Source: Felis catus (taxonomy: Eukaryota). Taken from it: a DNA stretch of 64,000 nucleotides. The stretch lies in contig NC_058369.1 in assembly GCF_018350175.1 (NCBI RefSeq), forward strand, positions 21,020,001 to 21,084,000, read 5' to 3'. The translations under genes were made by a program, and so were the position numbers. Positions 44,392-64,000 of this stretch are shown here, piece after piece. Below the pieces are notes generated by a model that was not told the DNA's origin, made no database searches, and was given only the letters and a program-made list of their open reading frames with translations. How positions within the stretch are numbered: the first letter of the stretch is position 1; each line of letters starts with the position of its first letter.

Positions 44392-46105
44392 GGTTTTCTC
44401 TCCATTGGTGTCTCCTCATAAATTCACTCTGGAATTTATCTAGCATTCGGAGGAATCCAGAGGGCAGAGTGAGGAAATAGAAAACTCATGCTTCTACTCT
44501 ATAAAATGCGGTGGATAAATGTAGAATTCTCAGCTTAGAACATAGACATGTTGCCTTGGAGGGAAGCAGTTTGCAGGGAAATCAACTTTACAGGCGGGGG
44601 CAGAGATTTCATCGTTGCACAAATAAACACAGGCTCCCATCAGGGAGGTGAGCCCACAAAGGAGTTTACACTGGACTGAGAATGGGCCACTATTGCAAGG
44701 CTTGGGGCCCTGGGCCCCAACCAGGGCAGGGACTGCCATGCTCACCCTGGGTGGAAGGACTCTGTTCACTCAGGCGGTGCGGTCGGCAGCGTACCTCCAC
44801 TGAAAACCTTGCTGCCTGGTGACTCGGGCATTTCTTTCTGTCTCGGGTAAGGGAGCCGTGCCAGGACAGCCACATTAGACAAGGCAGCTAGGAATCTGGC
44901 AGAAGGTTTTGGGAGAAATTGAATGGAACCTATCTCACATTTGTTTGTTTTTAATGATTTTGTGGGATTTAGATTAGTGGGGGAAACTCAGGACCTTTGC
45001 CAGATACTCAGTTCTCAGGGTCTCACTGAGTCATTGTCACCAATGACGGAGGATAGGGTTCTCCATTCAAATGTTGCTGACCCGTGGGGACTTAACATCC
45101 TTGGTGCTTACAGTGATCACTTTCAGATTTGACCAGATTCACTTGGAATCACATGGGGTGTGGGGTGAGGTACTTGTCTTTTTACTATTATTAGAGTATA
45201 TAGTAAAGTAATGCAGAATTTTAAAAGCCTTGAATTGAGAAGTACTAAAAGGAGAGTATAATGAAAATAGTCTTTTGAATTACCCTTCCCTACCCTCGTC
45301 CCATTCCCTAAAGCCAACCACCTTCCATTTTTTTTAGCCATTTCTTGATTTATTAATCTTATATATTACTGACTTCCTATTTTGTTACATAAGGATCTAG
45401 CTAGCACCTTTAAAGCCTTTCATTCTCTCCATCTTTTATCATTGCATCACAATCTTTATTACATTAACCTTCAGTATTTACGTTAGTAACCTTCAGTTTA
45501 CCTATTATGACTATGTAAATGCTGTGTACTTCTGAGCCAGGCAGTACACTAGGATTATTTTTCCTCTCTTGGACATTGGTTCTTTCCTGAAATGAATTCC
45601 TATCTCTTTGTTAATTGCTCAATTTGCTATGTACCTGTGGCTAATTCTCAAATGTTCCACATGACAATTACCTCAAAATACAGTTTCCCTCATAAGCCAG
45701 ACATCAGGTCACTATCAGCTGCCCTTCTTTTCTGGAAGACCTGCCTCCTCCTAGAGCTCACTGCTCACTGGGCCTACTGCACAGCTAACACCTCAGGGCT
45801 ACCCACGACTGAGCCTTTTTTCTTCCTTTTCTCTCTGGTGATTTTGATGACTCAGTGTTGTGCTTCCTAGCCTGGCTTCCAAGGACACCTTGTCACAGCT
45901 CTGCAAGAGACAGAAGAGTTTTTAAATTGTGGATTTTCATTTCAAAAATCCATTTTTTACCTATCCTAAAGACTCAATTCTTATAATTCACAACTGAAAG
46001 ACACTTCCAAGATTAAGACTTTAGTTCTTAATCTAGAATTTCTGTAACTTGGGTCACCAGGCATATTCTCAAGACATCTGGGGTAGTATCTTTGAATCTA
46101 CTTGT

Positions 46106-46305
46106 GGGGCACCTGGGTGGCTCAGTCAGTTAAGTGTCTGACTCTTGATTTTGGCTCAGGTCATGATCTCACGGTCGTGAGATCGAGCCCCATGTTGGGT
46201 TCCGCACTGGGCATGGGAGCCTGCTTAAGACCCTCTTTCTTCCTCTCCCTCTTCCTCTGGCCCTCCCCAGATCTCACTCCCTCAAAAAGTAAAAATTTTT
46301 TAAAA
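46106..46305 (+). mobile_element. CanSINE (older subfamily)
   Basis: ggggcacctgggtggctcagtcagttaag head; TSD aatc(t/c)acttgt at 46095-46105 and 46306-46316. Confidence 0.9.
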
Positions 46306-46684
46306 AATCCACTTGTATACTACTCAAGTGTGAGAGGCGCCATCTTAACTGAAAGTAGTGGGCCTCTAATAGCGCTTTCTGGGCTCCACCTGCAGTGGAC
46401 GGGAGGTAGAGCTTGTGGTGGGGGTGGGGGGTGGGGGTGCCTTTGTCACCCAGACATTCAGCTCCCTGAACATCTTATGAGTACCTAGCATGTTCTTATG
46501 GGAACAGCACACGTGCACATGCACACACTCCCACCCATTAACTTTTTCTTCATCTCTATACCTTTACTCTCCATTTATATTAATAGCCAATACCATTCTT
46601 GTAGATTGGAAAGTCCCCAACTTTGAAATGTTCTCTTCTTCATCTGGGCCTAATCAGTCATTCTCCACTAAATAACAGGGCTTG

Positions 46685-46697
46685 CTTTCTTTCTTTT

Positions 46698-46757
<60 letters not shown>

Positions 46758-46809
46758 TCCTTCTTTCCTTCTTTCCTTCTTTCCTTCTTTCCTTCTTTCC
46801 TTCTTTCCT

Positions 46810-46861
<52 letters not shown>

Positions 46862-46864
46862 TTT
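46685..46864 (+). repeat. Compound (CTTT)n/(CCTTCTTT)n microsatellite, about 180 bp of pure pyrimidine
   Basis: Read directly from the sequence. Confidence 0.95.
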
Positions 46865-46879
46865 AAACGGGGCTTTTTT

Positions 46880-47840
46880 TCTTAAACGAACTCTTAGTTT
46901 AGGATAGTTTTAGATTTACAAAAAAAAAAAAGTGTGAAGATAGTACAGGGAGTCCCCAAATATCCCAAACCCGGTTTTCCCCGTTATTACCGTCTTAATA
47001 TGGTACATTGTTACAATTAATGAACAATATATTATTATCAACTAAAACCCAAAGTTTATTTAGATTTCCTTAGTTTTTACCTAATGTCTCTTTTCTGTTC
47101 CAGGATCCCATCCAGGATACCACATTGCACTGAGTCGTCATGTCTCCCTAGGTTCCTCTTGGCTGTAACAGTTTGTCAGATTTTCCTTGTTTTTGATGAC
47201 CTTGGCAGTTTTGAGGAGTACTGGTCAGGTATTTTGAGAGCCCTCAGTTTGAATTTGCCTGATGTTTTTCTCATGATTAGACCAGGATTATGGGCCTGGG
47301 AGAGGGAGAGCACACAGGTAAAGTGCTGTTGTCATCACATCATATCCAAATTACATTCTGTCAACAAGTCTTCTGCTGATGGTGACCTTGATCACCTGGT
47401 CAAGGAGTGTTTGTCAGGTTTCTCCAGTGTAAAGTTACTTCTTTTCCCCCCTTTCCAGACTGTGCCTTTTGGAAGAAAGTTACTCTGTGTAGCTCACAAT
47501 TAATGAGCAGGGGTTTATGCCCCCTCCCTCCTTGAGGACAGAATATCTAATTATTTGGAATTCTTCTGCGTGGGAGATTTACCTATTCTCTCCCATTTAT
47601 TTATTCGGTCGTTTGTTTATATCAGTCTAGACTTAGGGATATGTATAGTATACTCTGAGTTATAATCCAGTACTACTTGATTTATTTTGTTGCTCAAATT
47701 ATTCTAGCTTTGGCCACTGGGAGTTCCTGTGTCCTTTTCACATACCACTATTATTGTGTGGGTTTTTTTTTTTCTGTTGTTTTTCTGAGCACTTCTTTAC
47801 TTTTTGGAGCTACAAGATGCCCCAGGCTCATCTTGTATGT
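46880..47840 (-). mobile_element. Old L1 3' end (L1MC-like)
   Basis: ttttagatttaca...gatagtacagggagtcccc, ttccaggatcccatccaggataccacattgc; subfamily from recall. Confidence 0.7.
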
Positions 47841-48524
47841 TTTAAATATGTGTTTTCACAAATGGTGTGTCTGTTAGAAATAATTAGTGTTTTATAACTT
47901 AGGTCCTAAAACGAATAGTTCACTTGAGGAGGGTAGAAATAGATGTTACATAAAAATTCCCAAAGCACCTTCTCTACTTTCTCTAATTCTTACCTTTGTA
48001 GGAAGCATAAACTAAGGCCAGAATCCCAGAACTTCCTCCTATTTCCCTTTATCCTCAACCATCCTCTTTCTTATCAATTTGAGTGTTCTACAGACATTTG
48101 CATTCCTCACTATCCCAATCACCAGGGCTCAGCTCTAGACCCCTGTGCCTCAGAGGACTGCAGGAAAAGCCTTCTGTCTTCATGGGTTCCTATGTCCACT
48201 TGCTTTGCTGACACATCCACTCTTTTCCCTTATGCTAATTGCCATAAAACATCTGCTAGCTCTTTACTTAGAATGGCTCTGCTGAGATTGGCATCCAAGC
48301 AAGGCCTTCCACAAATACGGCCCTACTCTTCTGCATCTTCCTGGATACCCCACCCACAGGCACTCTGCCCTGGCTACCCTGGAACCCTGGCCCTGAGCAT
48401 GAAGTCTGCACTCTGGAGAGCCATACATAACCTTTATCCTCAGCCTGTTGAATCCAGCCTAAGGGCCATTTCTTCACCCTTAGGCACTGCCACTGGTCTC
48501 TGTTTATACTCCTATTAGGGCTAG

Positions 48525-48690
48525 CATCATTCTCTACCTGATCCTACAGTTGTGGATCTATCTCTCCCACTAGATTGGAAGCCCCCTAAAGGCAGAGACC
48601 TGTCTGTCTTATTAACGTTTCTCCACTCATGTTGTCTGACTCTGGACCCCACATTCAGAGACAGTTTGATGTCTACTGCATTGATGGAAG
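48525..48690 (+). mobile_element. L2 3' end fragment
   Basis: tctctcccactagattggaagccccctaaaggcagagacctgtctgtcttatt. Confidence 0.55.
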
Positions 48691-49097
48691 TGCTTATACC
48701 TTGTATGCATAAGCCTGTTGTTTTACTGTCAAACACGAGAGGGCACTGTCAGCATATTGAGGAAGAAGGTTATAACCCTTTAGAGCTGGAAGTTTGAAAA
48801 GTTTGCTTCTATTCTGGGATTGTATAGGACTTAATTCTCTTCACTTGTTCTAAATACATCCATTTGCATTTATTCATGAGATATGCTCCTATCGGATTTT
48901 GAAATTAGTATAAAAGTTATTAATGACACTTTCATCCCAGGTCAAAGACTCAGACAGGTCTGCCTTCATGATCTATCCAGACCCAAAAGTGATTGTCCTA
49001 ATTGCAGCTGCCCTCCTCCTACCTCCAAAAAATGACTGCCAGTCGCAAAGGACATGGGTGAAACAGTTCTGTTCTTTTGCCCCACCCTCCTTATATA

Positions 49098-49098
<1 letters not shown>

Positions 49099-49134
<36 letters not shown>
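49099..49134 (+). repeat. (CA)18 microsatellite
   Basis: Read directly from the sequence. Confidence 0.95.
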
Positions 49135-49138
<4 letters not shown>

Positions 49139-50411
49139 GGCCTCCCTCTAGTTAGTGACATCAATGGCTCTAACCTAAGGACCAGGCAGGAGGTTGCTAT
49201 GAGAAATAGCAAATCCATTGGCCCTGCCCCCAGGGACCCTGTGTTAGCTCCTGTGTGCTCCCAGGCTGGAGGTGAGTTGCAGCATCTTTGGGGTCCCTGG
49301 GCATGAGAAGTCTCCCTACTAACTAAGCCAGGACACCCCATTCCAGAGGCGTCTGAGATTTGGCAGGATCTCATGCCTTGTACATTTTTTTTTCCAGAAA
49401 GCAATGTGGCAATTGGAGGCCATAAACCAAAAAGGTGATATTTTTCAGAAAACAAAAACCCAAAACCTCGTTCTAGCTTCTCTGTGGCAAACCACCTCTA
49501 GTATGTGCAACAGCATGAGACCCATATGGAAGGAGAGAGGCCCAGGGCTCCTCCCCCTTGTCTTTGGTATAAACTTGTTCCTTGACCCTGCCCTGCGAGC
49601 ACCTCTGATAAACAGGAAGGCATCTGCGCCATCAGTGTCCATCCCCCTCAGAGCATCTGAGACCTGTCTGGGCCATCAAAGCCATCCCCAGCCCCCAGGA
49701 GCATTGTGGAGGGGACTCCAGCCTCACCAAAAACAATTCTCCATTGTGTTCCCCCCTTGGAAATCAGGGATTTGTAAACAGGCCCTACATTTAGACTGGT
49801 CCTGCCCTGTCTTTGTGCTGGTATGTTGTTTTTTCTTCCCTAAACAATGTCCTTTCCAGCAGGCCTAGCAGTTCACACCATTGTCTGAGACCCTTGGACT
49901 ACAGGAAACAGCACCAGATTCTTATCGGCTGGGGGTGGGGGGCAGCATGAACAGATGAGGTCATGTCCATAAACCAAGCTGCTGGTCTGCCACATCATTC
50001 TTCTGTATCTTTATCTGTGAGAGCAGAGCCCCCCTTGTCCTCCTAACAGGCCAATCTGGGCTTTGAGTGTTCCAACTACTATAGTTCCCTCCATTTGATG
50101 ACAGACAGGCCTCTATTGATTCATTTTGGAATCCTTGCCAGACCACAACTGTCCCCTTGTCCTGGTCTTCCCTCTCTGTCCAAGGGGATGCTTATGGAAG
50201 TGAAACACACCCTGTTGGGATGGATTAAGGTACACTCCAGTCATCTTCCTCCCTGGGGGAAAGAGGTCAAGACTGGTCACCTGAGTCCCCCTCAGCTGAG
50301 TCCTTGAGTGCAAGCTACTAGCTGACTGCTAAGGCCTGGTGTGAGGTTAGGGGCTGGCGTCCCTTATAAGGCCTCCCTGGAGTCTGTGCAGCATTTCCCA
50401 TCCTCGGTGAA

Positions 50412-50492
50412 GAATGATCTTTTTTTTTTTTTTTTTTTTTTTTTTAATTAAGTTCTTTCTTATTGTCCTCCACATGGGGTGAATGATCTTTT
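50412..50492 (-). mobile_element. Tiny polyadenylated retro-insertion (35 nt plus A26) with 12-bp TSD
   Basis: gaatgatctttt at 50412-50423 and 50481-50492 flanking a T run (50420-50445) and 35 nt of unrecognised sequence; TTTT/AA at the right junction. Confidence 0.75.
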
Positions 50493-51581
50493 AAAAGGCT
50501 GCATTGAGGAACCAAGAGTTTCCTTAATAAAAATCCAGTGGGGAAAGTGAAAGGCTTCATTAGGACAGGGAATCCAGGGAACGGGCCCACCAGTGGTACC
50601 CATGGCAAAAGTGGGCAGGGGCCGGGCAGTGGGAAGTGGGCAGGGGGCCACAGCTGCTGTTGCCTCATCTCCTGTTCATGGGGGGGGGGGGGGAGGGGGA
50701 GAATCTGGAAGAGAAGCCAGGGCAGGGGCCCAACAATCCTTGAGATCCTAGTCAGGAATTGTATGGAAACCTAGCCCCACCCACTCGCTCTCTCCCTACA
50801 CCAGGGCCAAGTTTGTAGTCTCAGAAAACCCTGGAGATTTGATCTTAGTGTGTGCTGAAACTTCTCTTTGGGGAGCCCCTGAGAACCAGCACTTGGGGAA
50901 GGCTGGGGTGGATCCCTAATTAGGATGGAAATCAGGCTGTTTCTGAGCAACTGTCTCCTAGCTCTAAGAAGGAGATGTGGCTGGCTAGAGAGGCTTCAGT
51001 GTGCTGGACTGGCAGAGGGATGTGAGTGAGTTCCCTGCTCACCCCACTTTACCCATCCCCCTCTAGCTGCATCTGGGGCCCCTACCAGCCCATGGAGAGG
51101 ATAGCCTGGATCCTGATGGCTGCTGCCTGACTCCTCCTCCAACTGGAGGATTCAAGGGGGTGTCTAGAAGCTGACCTGGGCTTGGCTGAGTGCAAGGAAG
51201 CCATCTGAGAAAGTGAAAAGAGCTGTTTTCCTCCCCTATTCTGCTCCCTCCCTTAGAAGTGAGTGTATTAGACTGCTGGGCAGCCACAGGCTTGGGGTGA
51301 ACCCTAGCCATCAATAGAGGACCTTGCCAGGAAGTGGGCTGCTGAGGCATACTGAGTGTGGGAGGATGGGCAGAGGCCAAGCCCAAGGGCCAGCAGACTG
51401 GTGGCTTGGCTGCCCTGGCCCTAGGGTGGTGGGTCCTGCTCCAGTGCCTCCCATAGGAAGCCAAGATGTGGCTATTCGACTTGGGGGGGTTTGGGGCAGG
51501 GCCTTCAGCGTTTACAGGCTTAGAAAACAGAGATTAATAAACTAATTTCACATGGCCAAGGAAGGAATGAATGAATCAAAT

Positions 51582-51861
51582 CAGCATTTTCCGAAAGTAT
51601 GCTTCAAAACATTAGAAACACGAAGTGGTGATGACCTGATGGGAAAAAGGGGATAGAGGACCCAGGTTTAGGAGAATCATGTAGCTCATGACAGACATGC
51701 AAATTAACGAGAGATCACTGTGGCTTCTTGGGGACTTCACAGGGCAAACAGGCAGCACACAGCAATTCCGCGGGGGCTAAAGGGACAGAAATCCCCATAT
51801 TTATTTGACCCTTGTCACAGAGGATCTCATGTTCCATAGGACACCATTTTGGAAAATGCTT
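51582..51861. mobile_element. Non-autonomous hAT-Charlie DNA transposon relic (MER112-like)
   Basis: Terminal inverted repeats agcattttccgaaag and attttggaaaatgct (13/15 complementary), about 280 bp apart; family name from recall. Confidence 0.55.
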
Positions 51862-54800
51862 GTCCTGTGTCTTTCTCCAAGCCCCTTTCCAGCACTAAAC
51901 CTGTTTGGGAAATCATGACACAGACCCAAAGACTAGGGGAGGTATGAGACTTTGAGGAAAAAGCTGCCAGACGGAGTGAGAGGGAAGCCCTTGAGGCAGG
52001 AAATAGGACTCAAGATGAGAGGCTGAGAGGGAAAAGTCCAGACTCTAGGGGTAGGAAGGTAGGAACACAGCTTCTGTGGCCTGGGGGGAGAAGGGACTGT
52101 GGAGGTCAAGTTCTCACATCCTTCCCAACCCCACGCTCAGCACCAAATGGGTGCCCATGATGCTTCTCAGGTGGCTTGGGGCAGGACATACCGGTTCAAT
52201 TCTGTCAGGCCCAGGGGACAAAAGGAGGGGCCCTGCTCCAGCTCTGCGAGAGGGGTCTGGTGACTGACTTGTTAAGCCTCTCTACTCTATAGTATGGATT
52301 GAAGGGCCCAGGCAAACAAGGGGTTCGTCTCCCTGGCAAGGTGAGGTGATGTCCCTCCCATCTTCAAACCTTCCCTGCCTTTTCCCACCTCCCTCCAGCA
52401 CCAGCGGGCTCTGTTCTTCGTGCAGGGGCATGGCATCGCTGGGGGAGTGAGAGCTGTGGTCAGTGGCGGCCTCGGAGGCAGCTCAACCAGACCTCCCGTC
52501 CTCCTCAGAAGCTGCAGCCCCCACAGCACAGCCTAGCACCCCAGGCAAGAGCACAGGGGCCTTAATATATGTTGGTAAGTGACTTGCGAGGAAGACAGGC
52601 ACCAGGCCAAGTATTGCTGTCACAAATGTCAAGTGTTACTGTGGAAAAGGAGCAGGGCTGCCTACGTGCCCAGCTGCCCTTTGCCAGCACTTTTTTCTGA
52701 CTCAAGGTCTTCCTGAAGCCCAAGAAGGTCAGTCTCAGAAGCCTGAGGGGCAGGAGTTTCCTAACTTAATAAGCAATCTCAGTTTCCTAGACAAAGCCCT
52801 TTGACTCCTTCCTTCCCCTCATGCCCATCTCCCTCCCTCCTAGAACATATCTCCTAGGGTGGCCATCCTGGAGTGGATGGAAAGGCTCTTCATTTCCAGC
52901 TCACACAGATGGCATCCATCAATTTAGAACAGAAAAATACAGAGATACAATAATGATATAATTATGTGATGTAAATATTAACTCCATCGCTTTCCTTATA
53001 GGTCTGTGCGGTAGACTACCTCATATCCTCATCAAAGCACAGAGGCAGTCATGACAATAAAAGTAACAATAGTAATTACAAGAAGTGTGCTCTGAAGACA
53101 AAACCACAAGGCTGATCTCAACATACCAATATAAAAATAGAATTCACACATAGAAGCATTTCCAGGAGTCAATAACACACAGTACCATGGGGGTGGGAGG
53201 TGTGGGGAGTTGGCAGAAACTGTCCATAATTTTCTAAGTGCAGATGTTCGTTGTTCAGGATTTTGAGCTCCTCCTCCATTATCTAGAGTAACTTCCCCAG
53301 AGAACCCTGCCTGGAGCCAGCCATGCCTGGGTCCAACCTAGAGGCCACTGAGAGCCTGGCTGGTCATTTCTTCCTGACTTTGCTGGGATAGAGGGGCTGC
53401 AGCTCTATACACCCATTCCCAGGGCTCTGTGCTCTTTCCTCTCCCTCCTCCATGGCCTCTACCTCCCCCTCCATGCCCTTCTCCAGCCCCCTACCCCCAC
53501 AGTCCTCTCCTTTGCTTTTACCTGCTGACTTCCCAGCCACAGCAACCCCAAACCTGAGGCTTCCCAAGGTTAATCTCCATGCCTCTGGTTAACTTACTGT
53601 GAAGTCAAAGAGGAAAGGGGGCCTATTTTGGATCCCAGTTCTCTGGGCGTGGTGGGGTGACTCAGGTAAAATCCAAGGTAGATGTACAGTCTGGGTTTGA
53701 GTTCAGTGGAGCAGGAAACCCTGTCCTGCTTTTTTATCTGTTTTTCCCCCTCCTTTCTTCATCTTAGTTTTTCTCATGGAGGGAATTTCAAACCTGATGC
53801 TCTTGTCCCCTCCTGTCAGGTTTGTGCGTCATTAACTTGCTCATATGCAGTCTGGGAATGACTTTTCATTTAGTCCTCCTTCTCCTCCCCCTCTGTGCTC
53901 CCCAGCCCAAGAAACACATCCCTGCTGTTGGCAAAAACACCTCCCTACACACCCAGACAAAATGCATCCTGGCCACCTGAGCCTCACCTCCAAGAACAAG
54001 CAGGATTTAGCAGCTTTTTTTCCTTCTATTTTCTTCCCTTAAGAGAGAAAATCTTCATAAATGAAACCATTTATAACCAACCATTATTTAACAGAAACCA
54101 ACGATCCCAGAGGGGAAACATCTGGTTTCCCCTGTGGCTCCTGAGCTAATTGATGCTATCCTGGGTTCTTGAGAATGCCTGCCTGGGGTCCCATAGCCCA
54201 TCCTGGGGGGTCTCACCCTCTCCCCACCTCAGAAGTGTCTCAACCCTCTGTGGCCCTGGCAAAGCCCTGGGCCTGTGCCTGCCCACCAGCTGTAGCTTAC
54301 TCGGGGAGCTGCCACACTCCCTCCCTCCCCAGCTGTGAGCATTCTTGTACCACCCAGTGAGAGACAGCCCCCCCTCCTGCCCCATACTTCCCCCGCTCCC
54401 CTCTCCCCATCTCTAGTCCACAGAACCTAGAATCCTCCTAGAACCTACCCTCTCCCTTCATCAGCTTGCAGCCCCTGATGGTGGGGAGGGGGACTCCCAT
54501 CAGAGGTCTGGGCATCCCAGGAAATCTGGCCTGGCAGCTTGGGGTCTGGGGAAGAGAAGTCAGGCTGTAGAGACACTGCTTGGTTTATGAAGTAGGGCCT
54601 GAGACTCAGACCAGGGGCCCAGGGAGCTCTGGCTGTCAATGCTTCTATGACTCTGTCATGGAGAAGAAGTGGTGGGCAGTGGCAGGGAGCCACCCCAAGT
54701 GGGGGGAGGGGCTTGCTGTTCCACCTTCTCTGCCCCTCCCCTTCCCTGCCCCAGCTCACAGTAGGTCTTCTTAATGGGTGCTAGCATAGAGGCAACTTCC

Positions 54801-55259
54801 ATCCTCCTCTGGCTGCCTAAGGGCCCCTTGCCCAGACACCTCCTCAGACGCACCCAAACGCCCACTCCAAGGGTCATTCAGGATGGCCATTGTTCTGCTG
54901 GCTGGGAAAGAACCACCCAGGCCTCTCACCTCCGGGCACAGCCGGAAATGTGCTCTGGGGACCATGTCTGAAAACAAACAGCAGGCCCACTGGGGTTGGC
55001 AGCAGACAGAGGGTGCTGGCTCCAGCCTAGGACTGAGAGCACAGAGGGGCAGGAACAGGCCTTGGACACAGGGCCCTCCATCAAGCCCCAGCTTTTCCTG
55101 TGGGCAGCCTGGTAGAAGTATGGGGGGCAGAGACTCCCGCCTCTAAGAGGCAGTCAGGCATGCTGCCCCCCTCCCCTTAGCCCTAGCTGGGTGGGTGGGA
55201 GACTCTGAGGGTTGCTGGGCCACCTGGTCCATCCCGACCACCCTCTCCTCCACCCTCTT

Positions 55260-62765
<7,506 letters not shown>

Positions 62766-64000
62766 TCAGCCCACTTCTCCAGCTAAGGTGTGGAGGTAGA
62801 GGGTCCCAGCTGTGCATTCACTGCCCCTCACCACTGCCTCCCCCACTCACATCTGGAAAATGTTTCCATCCATTGGCCCTCTGGAGGGCTTCTGAGACTT
62901 GCTTCCTGGGGGTGGGTGGGACAGGGGGGCCCTGAGCCCTGCTTCCTACCACTCCATTCCTTGGTCCCTTAATCCTTCAGTTAACATATCCTTCCCACAG
63001 GCCCATCTGTGCCCTACCCAGTCCCCAAGGAAGATGACCCTGCTGGCTCCGCTGTCAGAACTTACGGTAGCAAGCTGAGCAAAGTGCTGGAAGAGCCTGG
63101 AGGAAGGGTGGGTTAGTCTGAGCAGTGTGCAAGGCTGACTCAGTGGGACAAGCGGACAGACAGGGGAGAGCATTCCCAGCAGAGAGAACACCTGGCAAAG
63201 GCCTGTGTATGGGAAAGGTCAGGTATGGCCAGGCAGAGCTCAAGGCTCTGATCCAGGGATGTGATGAAGGAAGACTTTCTCCTCCATAGACACTGCCTTC
63301 CCAGACGCAGGGGGTTGGGGGTGGCTGGCTGGGGATGCTGGTCCCAGGAGCCAAGGATCATGAAATAGGTCCTTGGGGGTTGGCTAGGGAGGTGGAGGTA
63401 ACAGGTGGTCAAGCGGGCAGGCAGAAGGATATGGTGGGAATGAGCATTGGCTACCCTTGGGAAGGCCGGCTATCCTGTGCCTGCTCAGAGGATACCCATC
63501 CAAGGTGGCAAGCCCAGCACCCACTCCACCCCCAAACTCATCAACAGCCTCTTCCAGGAAGCCTTCCATGACTGACAGTACTTTAGAGGGGATTTGCCCT
63601 ATTTGGGCTTTATTTTTTTTTTACTTTCCCCCCCAAACCATAGCTCCCAGGGCAAGACCACCTTCTGCCCCCAGACCCAGCTACACTCTCCAGAGTGGAG
63701 CCACGTCTCCCCCCTCTGTCCCCAGAGCAGGCCTGGGTCTCTCCACTTGGATTGGGGTGCCCAGGGGAAGGTGGTCACCCCTCTGGTTTCCCCAAGAAGA
63801 AGAATCATGGAGAGTCTATGTCTCAGGGACCTTTCCTGGGGACCCTCTCCACAGACTGTGCCAGCTACAGCACAGCATATCAGGTTAGATCTGCTGAGGA
63901 CCGCCCCCCGCCCCCCACCGGGCCAGGATGGGCAGAGAGAGGAGGCTGAAATCACTGCTGGGCTGTGAAGAGCCTCTGGGACAGAGAGGGAAGAACAAAG

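Noticed and set aside
46623..46907. Phe/Leu/Ser-repeat ORFs
   Set aside because: Translation of the (CTTT)n microsatellite.
51802..51807. AATAAA on the - strand as the SEMA3G polyA signal
   Set aside because: It lies inside the DNA-transposon relic about 3.4 kb from the stop; I could not place the true SEMA3G 3' end.
53015..53023. actacctca, a let-7 8mer site (TGAGGTAGT on the - strand)
   Set aside because: The site is on the strand opposite the SEMA3G mRNA, and the - strand match stops after 9 nt with no convincing pre-miRNA hairpin.

Overview
Mammalian genomic DNA, almost certainly felid, judged from intact carnivore tRNA-derived SINEs of the SINEC_Fc type. It holds the conserved DNAH1-BAP1-PHF7-SEMA3G block. 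I read the spliced frames by hand: the last 34 coding exons of DNAH1 (+, stop 22530), complete BAP1 (-, 17 exons, 729 aa), complete PHF7 (+, 10 coding exons, 383 aa, head-to-head with BAP1 across a CpG island) and exons 2-16 of SEMA3G (-, exon 1 is beyond the window). All four frames appear intact. The rest is SINE, L1, L2, MIR, one DNA-transposon relic and microsatellites. I see no prokaryote-type or wholly new gene system. The best unexplained signals are around BAP1: an ungapped 82-bp tandem duplication of the exon 9 acceptor plus the exon's 5' part (candidate poison or alternative exon), a strong-Kozak uORF whose stop overlaps the BAP1 ATG, three identical kappaB decamers upstream, and a candidate intronic polyA site. 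Also notable are a 35-nt polyadenylated retro-insertion of unknown origin, a twice-used retrotransposon target site, a GC-AG intron in DNAH1 and an apparent 10-aa deletion in the SEMA3G tail. Gene identities and human comparisons rest on my recall of the proteins, not on a database search. Boundaries of old repeats are approximate.
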